Positions 45,114 through 57,899 of a stretch of DNA of 64,000 bases are shown here, one piece after another. The translations under genes and the position numbers were made by a program. The DNA comes from Eledone cirrhosa. Taxonomy: Eukaryota. The stretch lies in assembly GCA_964016885.1 (NCBI GenBank), contig CAXHJY010000628.1:35178-99177 (forward strand), in the 5' to 3' direction. Every line of letters starts with the position of its first letter. Within the stretch, counting starts at the first letter, position 1. Below the pieces are notes generated by a model, which saw only the letters and a program-made list of their open reading frames with translations, was not told where the DNA came from and made no database searches.

Positions 45114-45158
<45 letters not shown>

Positions 45159-45539
45159 GTATATATTGTTCCAGGCCTACGTACAGTGTGTTCAAATCTT
45201 GCTGCTTACCACCAAATCGCTTTTAATTGAACTAACTACACATTAGTGTAACGTATCCTTACAAAATTGAATATCTATGATGAAATAATTGTTTCTACTT
45301 TTTGGCACAAGGCCAGCAATTACCCAGTGCATTACTGGTACTTTATTTTATCGACCCCGTAAGGATGAAAGGCAAAGTTAACCTCAGCGGGATTTGAACT
45401 CAGATCGTTAAGGGACGTTACTATGCTAGAAAGCATGGCGTCCGACCCTCTACCGATACTGCCAATGGCTCCGTCAGTGTTTCGTCTTACACACACCTTT
45501 CTTCATCTTTCCAGGTTCCTCTTTAATCTGGCCTAATGA

Positions 45540-45860
45540 ACGACTAGCGTCTGATACGCTGATACATCATTTTGGTGCGATCGGCTACCAGCCCAAGGCT
45601 GGCTGCCCGTCAGGAGGCTGAAGAGAAGAAACTGTACAAATATCGGCCGCTCTCTGATATATTTGTTGTAGAGTCTGTGGCAGGGAAGACTTTCGGCATT
45701 CTTGGGCCCCGGACCAACATCCCTGCTCACCTCTATCTTACCAGAGGTGGCTGCAGGCAGGTACGAGGTCCACGACGTGGAGTGACTATTCCCTGGTTGT
45801 TGCATCTGATTCGCTGTCCTTCCGGTGCAATGTTCTCTCCATCCTATCGACCAGGTACTA
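45540..45860 (+). pseudogene. CRE-like non-LTR restriction-like endonuclease fragment
   Basis: AARQEAEEKKLYKYRPLSDIFVVESVAGKTFGILGPRT matches AAxxAExxKxxKY...ETxGxxG. Confidence 0.6.
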
Positions 45861-46354
45861 AATGCAGAATTGCAGGATATTCGTTCGGACGTCATTCACA
45901 CACATGCTCTACCACTTACATAATCTATAAAATTATATCTCACTTTAAAATGCTGGTTTGTGCAATTGTTCTCGCTATTCGTCATTTTAAATATCGAGCT
46001 ACATACATAGATATGGCAAGGTGCATATTAGGCGCAAATTCCAATCTTTTCGCTTTTTTACGATTATAGTTATGATATATATAAATTTCACTCATGTGTA
46101 TATAATCATATATGGATATTTACCATAGCAGTGCACCCTTATGCTGAACTAATGGTGGACGTTAAATTATGTATGAAGATTTCCTGATCTTAATGGAAAT
46201 ACACTCCTATCATATAATCCGTTATCGCATTAAATGTATTTGCTGTTGCACTGATAAAAATACTTACGTACGTACATACATATATATATATACATACATA
46301 CCTACATACGTACGTACATATATACGTACATACATATATACATGCATACATACA

Positions 46355-46385
<31 letters not shown>

Positions 46386-46483
46386 CATACGTACGTACAT
46401 ACGTACATACGTACGTACGTGCGTACATACGTACGTACGTGCGTACATACATACATACATACATACATACATACATACATACA

Positions 46484-46513
<30 letters not shown>

Positions 46514-46514
<1 letters not shown>

Positions 46515-47950
46515 GGTGAGTCCAAGTGTGCATATTTGGCAGTAAAACGTGGAAGAGCTGTGCCCTCCTCTCTAGAAATCTAGAGATGAACGGCCTGACA
46601 ATACAACCTCTACAGTCAGGTGACAACTACAGATATCTTGGACAGGATGAGAATGTCAGATATGATGGACCCATAAATAAGGAGAGAACCAGAACTGAAT
46701 ACCTCAGAAGAGTAAAGAAAATATGGTCATCAGAACTGTCAGCGTACAACAAATACATTGCCCACAATACTTATGCTGTGCCAATTCTAACGCCAACATT
46801 TGGCCTGCTGAACTGGTCATTGCAAGAACTAAGTGAGATGGATGTTAGAACTCTCAAACTTCTCAGTGTTACTGGGAATTTTAACATCATTGGTGATGTG
46901 GATAGGCTATACTTCTCACGCAAGGAAGGTGGCAGGGGGTCTAAAATCCATATTAACATCATATGAGACCCGGATAGTAACACTGAAGCAATATCTTCAA
47001 CAGACGAAAATGGTTGGCAACCATCTTGCCCAGGTTTATGAGCATGACAAAAAAAATATCATTAGAATAGCCACTGATCTGGGGGAGAGATATGGAAGAT
47101 ATGGAAGATCCTATTCAATTTTCAAACAAGATGAAAAAATTGACCAATTTACAGAAAAAGTTCTGCATGGATACTTGAGACGTAAAACACAGACCAAAGA
47201 AGGGATAAATCACTCAAAAAGCCTGGCATGGAGTTCCGACAAGTTTATGACATCACACGTTGAGGGATATCTCTATGCAATACAGGAACAAAAATTCCCT
47301 ACCAAATATCTGCTGCACAAAAGAGGAGGGCCATCATCTGACAATAAATGTAAGCTATGTAAAACAAAGATCGAGGATGTAAGCCACATTGTTGCCTGCT
47401 GCGAAAGAATGTCATCTCGCTACTACCTCTCCATGAGACACGATGGGATAGCTAGAACCATCTGTAACGCACTTCGGAAAACAAAATTAATGGCAGATGG
47501 CACTCAGGAATACGGGTGGAACCTGAAAATAAAAACTGCCACCCAATTAAAGCACAACCGGCCTGATATTGTTGTTTGAGACTAGACATTGAAAACGTGT
47601 TCTGTTGTGGAGTTCAGCTGCCCACTTGATGTAAAGGTTGTCAGAAAAATACAGAAGAAGGAGGACATCTACGGACCATTGATGAGAAGTTTACAAATCC
47701 AGTATCCAAGATACACCTTTAGCTTTATACCCATCATTATTGGAGCTACGGGTTATATACCAACCCGCTTGGACCAAAGTATGACTGAACTTGGATTTAG
47801 TCTACAAATGGCAGCGATAGCTGGCACCTTCAAAATTTGCAAAAGATTCTTGCGATTCAAGGGATGACAATTTATTTTCTTTTACAACCTTGGCACCAGG
47901 AAGGTGGCCGGTCAAAAAAATATACTCGTAATTAAGAGAAAGAGATAACA
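46514..47950 (+). mobile_element. 5'-truncated, frameshifted R4/Dong-clade non-LTR retrotransposon (RT C-terminus, CCHC knuckle, restriction-like endonuclease)
   Basis: YRYLGQDE..., DVDRLYFSRKEGGRG, CKLCKTKIEDVSHIVACC, RHD, KHNRPDIVV, VVEFSCP, KKEDIY and IPIIIGATG, split over three ORFs. Confidence 0.92.
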
Positions 47951-48173
47951 TACCTGCATATATATGCATACGTATATGCATATATGCATACGTACATGCG
48001 TGTGTATACTATATAACTATGAATATTTATATATAAAATATATATATATGTAAATACAAATGTATATATATAGATGTATATCGGTTTATATTTATACTTA
48101 TATGTATACTTATACAGGTATTTGTTAATACATATAGATAGATATATATATATGTATATATTTATACATATAC

Positions 48174-48208
<35 letters not shown>

Positions 48209-48328
48209 TATAGACATAGAATATTCGAAAATATTCTGTATGTTTATAATAAACATTTTGAAGACCTAATCGCTATAGAATAGAATACGTCACGTATTAC
48301 AATTAGATTCTCGATAAAAGCAAGGGAA

Positions 48329-48371
48329 GTAATCTACGCGTTTCATTCTTGTTAGAAATCATCAGGACTAC
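48329..48371 (-). ncRNA. Minimal type I hammerhead ribozyme (array copy 1)
   Basis: GUAGUC-CUGAUGA-U UUCU[AACA]AGAA U-GAA-ACGCGU-A^-GAUUAC. Confidence 0.88.
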
Positions 48372-48638
48372 ATATCCAGTGCTTTTATCGAGAATGACAC
48401 AGCTAGAGACTTATAGAATACTTAGCTGTGTACAGGAACTGGTTTGAAAGAGCGGTTGCCGGTCCGGCAGAAATTAGAAATTGGAATAAATGCTCTGAAA
48501 TAGCGATATATATGTGAATATAGACATAGAATATTCGAAAATATTCTGTATGTTTATAATAAACATTTTGAAGACCTAATCGCTATAGAATAGAATACGT
48601 CACGTATTACAATTAGATTCTCGATAAAAGCAAGGGAA

Positions 48639-48681
48639 GTAATCTACGCGTTTCATTCTTGTTAGAAATCATCAGGACTAC
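48639..48681 (-). ncRNA. Minimal type I hammerhead ribozyme (array copy 2)
   Basis: Identical to copy 1, offset +310. Confidence 0.88.
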
Positions 48682-48948
48682 ATATCCAGTGCTTTTATCG
48701 AGAATGACACAGCTAGAGACTTATAGAATACTTAGCTGTGTACAGGAACTGGTTTGAAAGAGCGGTTGCCGGTCCGGCAGAAATTAGAAATTGGAATAAA
48801 TGCTCTGAAATAGCGATATATATGTGAATATAGACATAGAATATTCGAAAATATTCTGTATGTTTATAATAAACATTTTGAAGACCTAATCGCTATAGAA
48901 TAGAATACGTCACGTATTACAATTAGATTCTCGATAAAAGCAAGGGAA

Positions 48949-48991
48949 GTAATCTACGCGTTTCATTCTTGTTAGAAATCATCAGGACTAC
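48949..48991 (-). ncRNA. Minimal type I hammerhead ribozyme (array copy 3)
   Basis: Identical to copy 1, offset +620. Confidence 0.88.
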
Positions 48992-49258
48992 ATATCCAGT
49001 GCTTTTATCGAGAATGACACAGCTAGAGACTTATAGAATACTTAGCTGTGTACAGGAACTGGTTTGAAAGAGCGGTTGCCGGTCCGGCAGAAATTAGAAA
49101 TTGGAATAAATGCTCTGAAATAGCGATATATATGTGAATATAGACATAGAATATTCGAAAATATTCTGTATGTTTATAATAAACATTTTGAAGACCTAAT
49201 CGCTATAGAATAGAATACGTCACGTATTACAATTAGATTCTCGATAAAAGCAAGGGAA

Positions 49259-49301
49259 GTAATCTACGCGTTTCATTCTTGTTAGAAATCATCAGGACTA
49301 C
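49259..49301 (-). ncRNA. Minimal type I hammerhead ribozyme (array copy 4)
   Basis: Identical to copy 1, offset +930. Confidence 0.88.
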
Positions 49302-49414
49302 ATATCCAGTGCTTTTATCGAGAATGACAACCGCTCTTTCAAACCAGTTCCTGTACACAGCTAAGTATTCTATAAGTCTCTAGCTGTGTCATTCTCGATA
49401 AAAGCACTGGATAT

Positions 49415-49457
49415 GTAGTCCTGATGATTTCTAACAAGAATGAAACGCGTAGATTAC
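49415..49457 (+). ncRNA. Minimal type I hammerhead ribozyme (inverted unit)
   Basis: GTAGTC CTGATGA TTTCTAACAAGAAT GAAACGCGTA GATTAC, enclosed by a perfect 16-bp stem (49391-49406 with 49464-49479). Confidence 0.88.
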
Positions 49458-49706
49458 TTCCCTTGCTTTTATCGAGAATCTAATTGTAATACGTGACGTA
49501 TTCTATTCTATAGCGATTAGGTCTTCAAAATGTTTATTATAAACATACAGAATATTTTCGAATATTCTATGTCTATATTCACATATATATCGCTATTTCA
49601 GAGCATTTATTCCAATTTATATATATATATATACACACATATATATATATACATATATATATATACATACATATATATATATATATATACACAGATATAT
49701 ATATAC

Positions 49707-49755
<49 letters not shown>

Positions 49756-49819
49756 CATATATATACATATACATATACATACATATATATATATATATAC
49801 ATATATATATACACATACA

Positions 49820-49853
<34 letters not shown>

Positions 49854-49977
49854 GATACATATATATTTATACAGACATATATATATATATATATATACAT
49901 ACATATATATATATCAGCCATTTTGAATTCGTGTTTGGCGGGGGCCACTTCAGAAAATAATTTGTCCTAGCGAGTTT

Positions 49978-50055
49978 GCCTCCTGAGGAGCTCTTAACTC
50001 GAGATTTATCCTTAATAGGATATCTCAAAATGAGAGCGAAACCCATGGCTCGGGA
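49978..50055 (+). ncRNA. Hammerhead motif with extended stem II
   Basis: CUGAGGA-GCUCUU..GAGAU..UCCU[UAAU]AGGA.AUCUC..GAGAGC-GAAACCCAUGGCUC-GGGA; stem I is weak. Confidence 0.6.
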
Positions 50056-50709
50056 TTTAGTAATTTAATCCTGGTTTGTATATAAGCATTTCTAACTTTA
50101 ATTTTATACCTAATTGTGTATGGTTGACCGTATATTTAATTAATTTCCACGTGCTGTTGAAATGTTGGGTAAATATTCTATAGCGGTTGGCCGCGAAGAC
50201 GCTGCTGTCGTGTATTTATTTACTGTTTCTTCATAGGTGCCTTTTAATCTTAAAGCCTGGTCTAATTGATTTTTTGTGTGGTTAATTATGCTAATTGGGA
50301 GAAGAAATGATGTATATATATTATCAAATAATTCTCTGGACATGCTTTACTTTATACTACATATATATACATAAATATACAGACATATATATATATATAT
50401 ACATATATATATACATACATATATATATATATACATATTTATATTATATATATATATGTATATATATAAATATATATACATACATATATATATACATAAA
50501 TATATATATACATATTTATATTATATATATATATATATACATATAAATATATATATATATATACATACATATATATATACATACATATATACATATTTAT
50601 ATTATATATATATATATATACATATAAATATATATATATATACATACATATATATATACATACATATATACATATTTATATTATATATATATATATACAT
50701 ATAAATATA

Positions 50710-50803
<94 letters not shown>

Positions 50804-51108
50804 CATATACATATATACATATATCTATAAGTATATATAAATATACATATATCTCTATATAACTGCTCTGTAAAACAACAGATGTTATTACATTGAGCTA
50901 TTTATCTTACTGGTAATAAGATAGTAATGAATGACTGTCTTTCACTATTTAGGGTTTATATATAAAAAATATATATAACCATAAAAGGTTTTATTATATA
51001 CATAACCATAAATAGTATCCTTAATACTTATAAATATACATATATCTATAAGTATATATATATACATATATATATATATATAAACCACAGACCCTCCATC
51101 TCAACTCA

Positions 51109-51146
51109 CCTTTTGAAAAGCAGAAGAACTGCGAAACCGGTAAAGG
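51109..51146 (+). ncRNA. Hammerhead with perfect stems but a mutated core (probably inactive)
   Basis: CCUU-UUGAAAA (cf. CUGAAGA)-GCAG[AAGAA]CUGC-GAA-ACCGGU-A-AAGG. Confidence 0.6.
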
Positions 51147-51312
51147 AACCAAATAAAAATATATATATTTAAAAAAAAAAAAAATAAGACTTCAGTTGCA
51201 TTTTCGATTTCATCCCTTTTTCTTTATACTTCCACTCGTGTAGGACACCTCGGTTATTTTTCATTTTGTAAAAAAAACCTCACTTTCTAATATATATATA
51301 TATATATATAAG

Positions 51313-51430
<118 letters not shown>

Positions 51431-51452
51431 CCATTTTTATTTTTTGATACCC

Positions 51453-51503
51453 AGATTCCTGATGATTTCTAATGAATGAAACAGTTCTAGTCCTGTAGAA
51501 TCT
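51453..51503 (+). ncRNA. Intact type I hammerhead ribozyme with a closed stem-loop III
   Basis: AGAUUC-CUGAUGA-U UUC[UAAU]GAA U-GAA-ACAG[UUCUAGUC]CUGU-A^-GAAUCU. Confidence 0.85.
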
Positions 51504-51518
51504 CATCTATATTAAAAC

Positions 51519-51593
<75 letters not shown>

Positions 51594-51711
51594 TTTAAGT
51601 GTTTTCTTCCAAACAATATGGCTTCATCTCGCGTCTTGTACTGTGGAATCTTAACAAAATCCCCTATGGCGAAATCTGGCAGGTCCATCGCATATATCTA
51701 TCTAACTACCT

Positions 51712-51798
<87 letters not shown>

Positions 51799-52280
51799 GA
51801 GAGAGATATATATGTATATATATATATGTACATATATATATATACATATGTATGTATATATATATATAGATATAGATATAAATGTATATATATATATGTA
51901 CATATATATATATATACATATATACATATGTATGTATATATATACATATATATGTATGTATATATATATACATATATATATATGTATGTATATATATACA
52001 TATATATGTATATATACATATATATGTATGTATATATATACATATATATATATATATGTATGTATATATATACATATTTATATATGTATGTATATATATA
52101 CATATATATATATATGTATGTATATATACATATATGTATATGTATGTATATATATACATATATGTATATGTATGTATATGTATATATATACACATATATT
52201 TATGTATATATGTATATATGTATGTATATATATACATATATGTATATGTATGTATATATATACATATATGTATATGTATG

Positions 52281-52330
<50 letters not shown>

Positions 52331-52438
52331 CACATATATATATATATGTATATATGTATATATGTATGTATATATATACATATATATATATGTATGTATA
52401 TATATACATATATATATGCATGTATATGTATACATATG

Positions 52439-52476
<38 letters not shown>

Positions 52477-52489
52477 TGTATATATATAC

Positions 52490-52578
<89 letters not shown>

Positions 52579-52579
52579 C

Positions 52580-52612
<33 letters not shown>

Positions 52613-52624
52613 TACATACATATA

Positions 52625-52683
<59 letters not shown>

Positions 52684-52800
52684 ATATATATATGTATATA
52701 TATATATACAAAAAAAGGCAGAGTTAATAACTCATACTGAAACCCTGTAATTAACAAGCTCAAAGTATAAATACTGAGCATTATAATAATAATATATGTA

Positions 52801-53099
52801 GTAATAAACACAGTAAATCGGGTGTCTAATATTACGAGGCTTGAAATACCATATTTGTTTGAGAAATTTAACCAGAAGCAAACGGAATATACATAAAATA
52901 AAATAAAATATATACAGACCGCCTCAATAACTATTACATCTCCCGGACAGATTAGAGATTTAATATGTTTCGTGAGTCGTTCTGTATATATTTTATTTTA
53001 TTTTATGTATATTCCGTTTGCTTCTGGTTAAATTTCTCAAACAAATGTTATATTTCAACCCTCGTAAATTTAGACACACGATTTACTGTGTTTATTACA
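52801..53099. repeat. Long inverted repeat (arms about 120 bp, inner ~65 bp essentially perfect, spacer about 60 bp)
   Basis: ATTTGTTTGAGAAATTTAACCAGAAGC...TATACAGA (to 52918) pairs with TCTGTATA...CAAACAAAT (from 52981); outer arms are imperfect. Confidence 0.9.
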
Positions 53100-53101
53100 A
53101 C

Positions 53102-53211
<110 letters not shown>

Positions 53212-53340
53212 TATTTTGAGTATATGATTCCAGTTCCTCAGTGAAATAACAACCCAACCAGGAACTGGGCATATCAGAGTATTGACGAAATTATACACCT
53301 GAACAACATATGTACTTGTCTATACCACACTAATTCAAAC

Positions 53341-53390
53341 TGCCTGAAGAGGTCATAGCCAAAGATGGCTGTCACTGAAATATATATAAA
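53341..53390 (+). ncRNA. Hammerhead motif, family B-like (stem I not paired)
   Basis: CUGAAGA-GGU C AUAGCCA[AAGA]UGGCUGU C ACU-GAAAUAUAUAUA. Confidence 0.55.
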
Positions 53391-54344
53391 CGAAGCTAAA
53401 TTTTAAACATTTCACTTTTTATTTAACTTTATTTTATATATATATATAAAACCCTTGATAAGATCGTAATAGAGCCAATATACAATCCATGGTTGTAGCT
53501 ACTGATAAACATCTACTAAAATATAACCAGTGTAATGGAAAGGAAAACCTTAATATTAATACACACAACACATGCACATTTGAACATTTCCGGAACAATT
53601 ATCACATTGCATCCACCATAAACTTCATAGAAACTGTTTTTCATACCCACGCATCTCTCTCTGCTTAATATGCTTTTATACCTGAATTGCATTATGTAAT
53701 ACCTTTACCATACTGTGATATATATGCTTAGTACCAGTGCTTGTTTCTTACCTGGTTATTCTGTACATGCCTAATACCTCTGCACGTTTCTATACGTTTG
53801 CATATGTACTGCTAATGTCCTCATATTGCGAGTAACTTTCTTCTTTAATTCCTCCATAATTGTTGTATTATTCTTTTATAATATTTGTCATATCCACTGA
53901 TACTGATCACATCATCTTCACTCTTTAAACATGACACTGTTCATGACAAAACTAATATCTACGTATCTTTGCAATTGTTCTGTGGTTAATTATATGTCTA
54001 AACTTTGCTGGAAGAAACGATTGTCAGCAATAAAATATTTTGAACATAGTTTTGATTATTCTGTAATATATATATGATTGAATGTATGTATAGTATATTT
54101 GGCAATATACCGTATGTTTAATTAAAAATATTTAGAAGACCATACGCTATCAGTTTTAAAGTAGTGACTATGTCACTTATTTCTTTTTGGCGAAAGAAGG
54201 GAGAGAAGCTGACAGGGAGAGACGCTGGTTGGCGTTCATCAGAGCCATGTTCTCCCCTGCTTTCGCCGAAAATTATAGAAGTTGGATTCTTATAGAATTC
54301 CAGTAATAATCAGGAACTGATATATATATTCATATTTATAGGAT

Positions 54345-54510
54345 GGGAGTCAGGATCCTACGGCTGGGCCCCGGCCGTTTCGACAGCTAGATCCAAACCA
54401 GATCGAGCTGTCCTGACTCTCTTCATATTACCCACTCTACTACCCTAAGTATCGAGTACTCCGGTGTGTTATGGTCCACCTGGTATCTTACCACACCTTC
54501 TTTGTTATAT
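54345..54510 (-). mobile_element. Family E element: hammerhead-like fold lacking CUGANGA, plus a conserved ~80-bp flank. Relatives at 17675-17745, 56021-56225 and 57360-57566
   Basis: Minus strand reads GAGUCAG-GACAGCUCGAUC..GAUCUAGCUGUC-GAAACGGC..GCCGUA-GGAUCCUGACUC. The flank ATTACCCACTCTACTACCC..GAGTACT..TTATGGTCCA.CTGGT is shared. Confidence 0.65.
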
Positions 54511-54530
54511 ATATATTTATATATACATAC

Positions 54531-54584
<54 letters not shown>

Positions 54585-54625
54585 ATAACTGAAGAAACAT
54601 AGTCTCTGATCGAGACGAATCTAGA

Positions 54626-54667
<42 letters not shown>

Positions 54668-54860
54668 ATATATATATATATATATATGTGTGTGTGTATT
54701 AATATATGTTTGTGTATGGTTACAAATATATCTATGTATCTCTGTAGTGTTACACACATACAAGAGGTGTCAACATGAATGGACCTGTTATTTTTATCTA
54801 AAGATATTTTTGTCCAATTGCAACCGAACCGTCCCTCATTCTATCTTATTTCTCATTCTT

Positions 54861-54896
54861 TCTTCTGATGAAGGACTAGCGTCCGAAACATTACGA
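54861..54896 (+). ncRNA. Minimal hammerhead motif, family C; decayed relative at about 58700-58760
   Basis: UCUU-CUGAUGA-A-GGAC[UAGC]GUCC-GAAACAUU-ACGA. Confidence 0.65.
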
Positions 54897-54982
54897 CCCT
54901 CTTCCTACTATTTTAAGCGTTAACCTAATATATTCCTTCCATATACTGTACCGATTATGTTGTTATGTCTGTTGTCTGTTTA

Positions 54983-55017
<35 letters not shown>

Positions 55018-55419
55018 TATCTCATATATTTTTATTTGTTTGACCCGAATTACTTGGACGTTTTTATGGTTGTGAAGATGATTGTTTAACCATCGTCTCA
55101 GCGTGTTTGGCCTTTAACGTATGTTGTAGCTCTGGTTCATCTGAATCATTGAGCGCTTGCCACACATCTCGGAAGTTGTTTTTCGTTAATTCCTAAGCCG
55201 AAATACGATTCTCGGTAATTTATATTTGTATTTATATATATATATATATCTAGGGCGGGTAAAATTCCCGAGATCCATGGACGAGTTCTCTCAAGTGGTC
55301 TCTGTCCCTCAATATCTCTTCCATGTCCTGCGTCTCCAACAGACCAGTGTCTGTCCTTAGGCACTGAGTGCAATGTCAACTCTGGATGTCGGTGAGCATG
55401 TCCAGCTAACGCCAGTCTC

Positions 55420-55483
<64 letters not shown>

Positions 55484-55818
55484 TGTAAAATACCTAAGAG
55501 TGAGGAAGCTAGAATGAAACCCTGATAATGAGCTGTGGTGGATGTGATCAACATTTTCACGGAGATAAGCTTATTATTTTTGCTTATCTCGAATGAGTTA
55601 AACATAGAGAAGAAAGATAAGCTAGGCATGTATTAATAGGTAAACTGTAGAAATATTCTAATAGGTATATATATATAAAACAAATACATATTTACATACA
55701 ATGTATGTATGCATATTTATTTATTTATATACAGATAGAGAGATAGATATATGTACAACAGATGCATATATGTATACATGTCTGAATGAACACACACACT
55801 CATACATACATACCTACG

Positions 55819-55853
<35 letters not shown>

Positions 55854-55958
55854 GTGTATATACATATATATATACATATACACGCACATATATATATATA
55901 TATATATATATGCATACATATAGATATAATATATATGTATACACTCACACACACACAG

Positions 55959-56020
<62 letters not shown>

Positions 56021-56025
<5 letters not shown>

Positions 56026-56142
56026 AACGAGTAGGACCCCGACGGCTGAGCTCAAGCCGTTTCGACGGCTAATTCTGGACTAGTCCAGAATTAGCTGCCG
56101 AAACGGCTTGAGCTCAGCCGTCGGGGTCCTACTCGTTCCTAT
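56021..56142. repeat. Near-perfect 122-bp palindrome with no spacer (family E)
   Basis: Centre GGACT|AGTCC at 56081/56082; 2 mismatches in 61-bp arms. Confidence 0.92.
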
Positions 56143-56224
56143 TACCCACTCTACTACCCTACGTATTGAGTACTTTGGTGCGTTATGGTCCATCTGGTTC
56201 CGTACCACATTTCCGTTCGTTATA

Positions 56225-56274
<50 letters not shown>

Positions 56275-56549
56275 CAAATTTAGAAGAAATTTCGTTAAAT
56301 CAAATTTAAATTATAATTGTTTCTACCTTTGGCATAAGGCCAGCAAATACCCAGTACATTACTGATACTTTATTCTATCGACCCCGTAAGGATGAGAGGC
56401 AAAGTTGACCTCGGCGGGATTTGAACTCAGAATGGAAAGGGCTATAACTCTATGCGTCAAAGCATGGCGTCCGACCCTCTACCGATACTGCCAATCCACC
56501 AAATTATAATGATACACAGAAACAATTACTGTCTTCATCTATCTGTTCT

Positions 56550-56690
56550 GAAATGGGATAGAACGCAAAAGCATTGCCGCGGACAATGGCCGATGACACC
56601 CGCTGCACCAGCCACCCCACTTCGCGGAGTTCCTCCGCCAGATGGGACGCGACGTTCGGATCTTGCGGAGGAGCTCGACCGTACGGGTTC
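56550..56690 (-). pseudogene. CRE-like non-LTR element C-terminal fragment
   Basis: LREVGWLVQRVSSAIVRGNAF matches QRxSxAxxRGNA. Confidence 0.65.
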
Positions 56691-57194
56691 CATCTCGAAA
56701 ATAGAATGTTAACTCAGAAGAATAAGCTCAAAAGAAAGTATGGAAACTTTCTGAAATATATTAAAGAAGCCAGTTGTTACATTGAAAGAATGACGAACCA
56801 TACATCTTCTTCTTCTTCTTCTTCTTCTTCTTCTTCTTCTTCTTCTTCTTTGCCATCTTCTTCTACTTCTTCTTCCTCTTCCTCTTCTTCTTCTTCTTCT
56901 TCTTCGCCGCCCACCTATTCCTGAGAAGGTCGAGTCCTAAAACACTCCCTCCAGCGGTATACATAGACTTGTCTTCCACTAACAACCTTACCCGGACTTG
57001 TGCCTCGCAGGGAAACTTTCTAGGTGCAAACCCCATGGTTATTTGTGACTGGAGGGGGTCTTTACCCTTACCTTATATATATATATAGTGGTAGAACACT
57101 GGAAGGTAATATCCGTAGTGGTAGAGCACTCAGTCCATGGGACGAGTTAGGTAGAAGGGGTTGTCCTTCCTGTTCCGTATAACCATGTCCATTA

Positions 57195-57232
57195 CGAGCT
57201 GAGGATCCGCTAAGGTGAAACAATTGTTCTCG
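57195..57232 (+). ncRNA. Minimal type I hammerhead ribozyme within a ~180-bp element (57087-57265)
   Basis: CGAG-CUGAGGA-U CC[GCUAA]GG U-GAA-ACAAUUGU-U^-CUCG, with outer pairing ACCAU/AUGGU. Confidence 0.7.
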
Positions 57233-57264
57233 GTATGGTGAGTTAACTGTTGTGTAGCCACTTC

Positions 57265-57360
<96 letters not shown>

Positions 57361-57433
57361 AGAGAGTGTGTGGTGATACCAGGTAGACCATAAGCCACCA
57401 GAGTACTCGATACTTGGAGTAGTAGAGAGGGTA

Positions 57434-57558
57434 ATATGAAAAGATTCAGGACCCTGGCGGCTGAGCTCCAGCCGTTTCGGCAGCTAGATTCGAACTGGCG
57501 GCTTCGTTCGGATCTAGCTGTCGAAACGGCCGGAGCTCAGCCGTTGAGTCCTGAATCT

Positions 57559-57566
<8 letters not shown>
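57434..57566. repeat. Imperfect ~130-bp palindrome (family E)
   Basis: ATATGAAAAGATTCAGGAC...GTCCTGAATCTTTTCATAT. Confidence 0.9.
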
Positions 57567-57642
<76 letters not shown>

Positions 57643-57691
57643 TTATAAATATATATATATATATATTTATATATATATTTATAAATATATT

Positions 57692-57789
<98 letters not shown>

Positions 57790-57899
57790 TACATATGTAT
57801 ATATGTCTGTGTGTGTGTGCGTGTATACACACACACACACACACATAATATATATATATATATATATACGCACACATATATATATATATACATATACAG

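Larger units (their letters stand above)
48205..49617. mobile_element. 310-bp hammerhead-containing tandem array (about 3.6 units) followed by an inverted unit; non-autonomous Penelope-like element/retrozyme
   Basis: Units start at 48206, 48516, 48826 and 49136 and look identical. Orientation flips at 49328-49329 (CA microhomology). Flanked by (TA)n on both sides. Confidence 0.9.

Noticed and set aside
50140-50343. Short ORF near hammerhead elements as Penelope coding sequence (also 53480-54060)
   Set aside because: No RT or GIY-YIG motif recognisable
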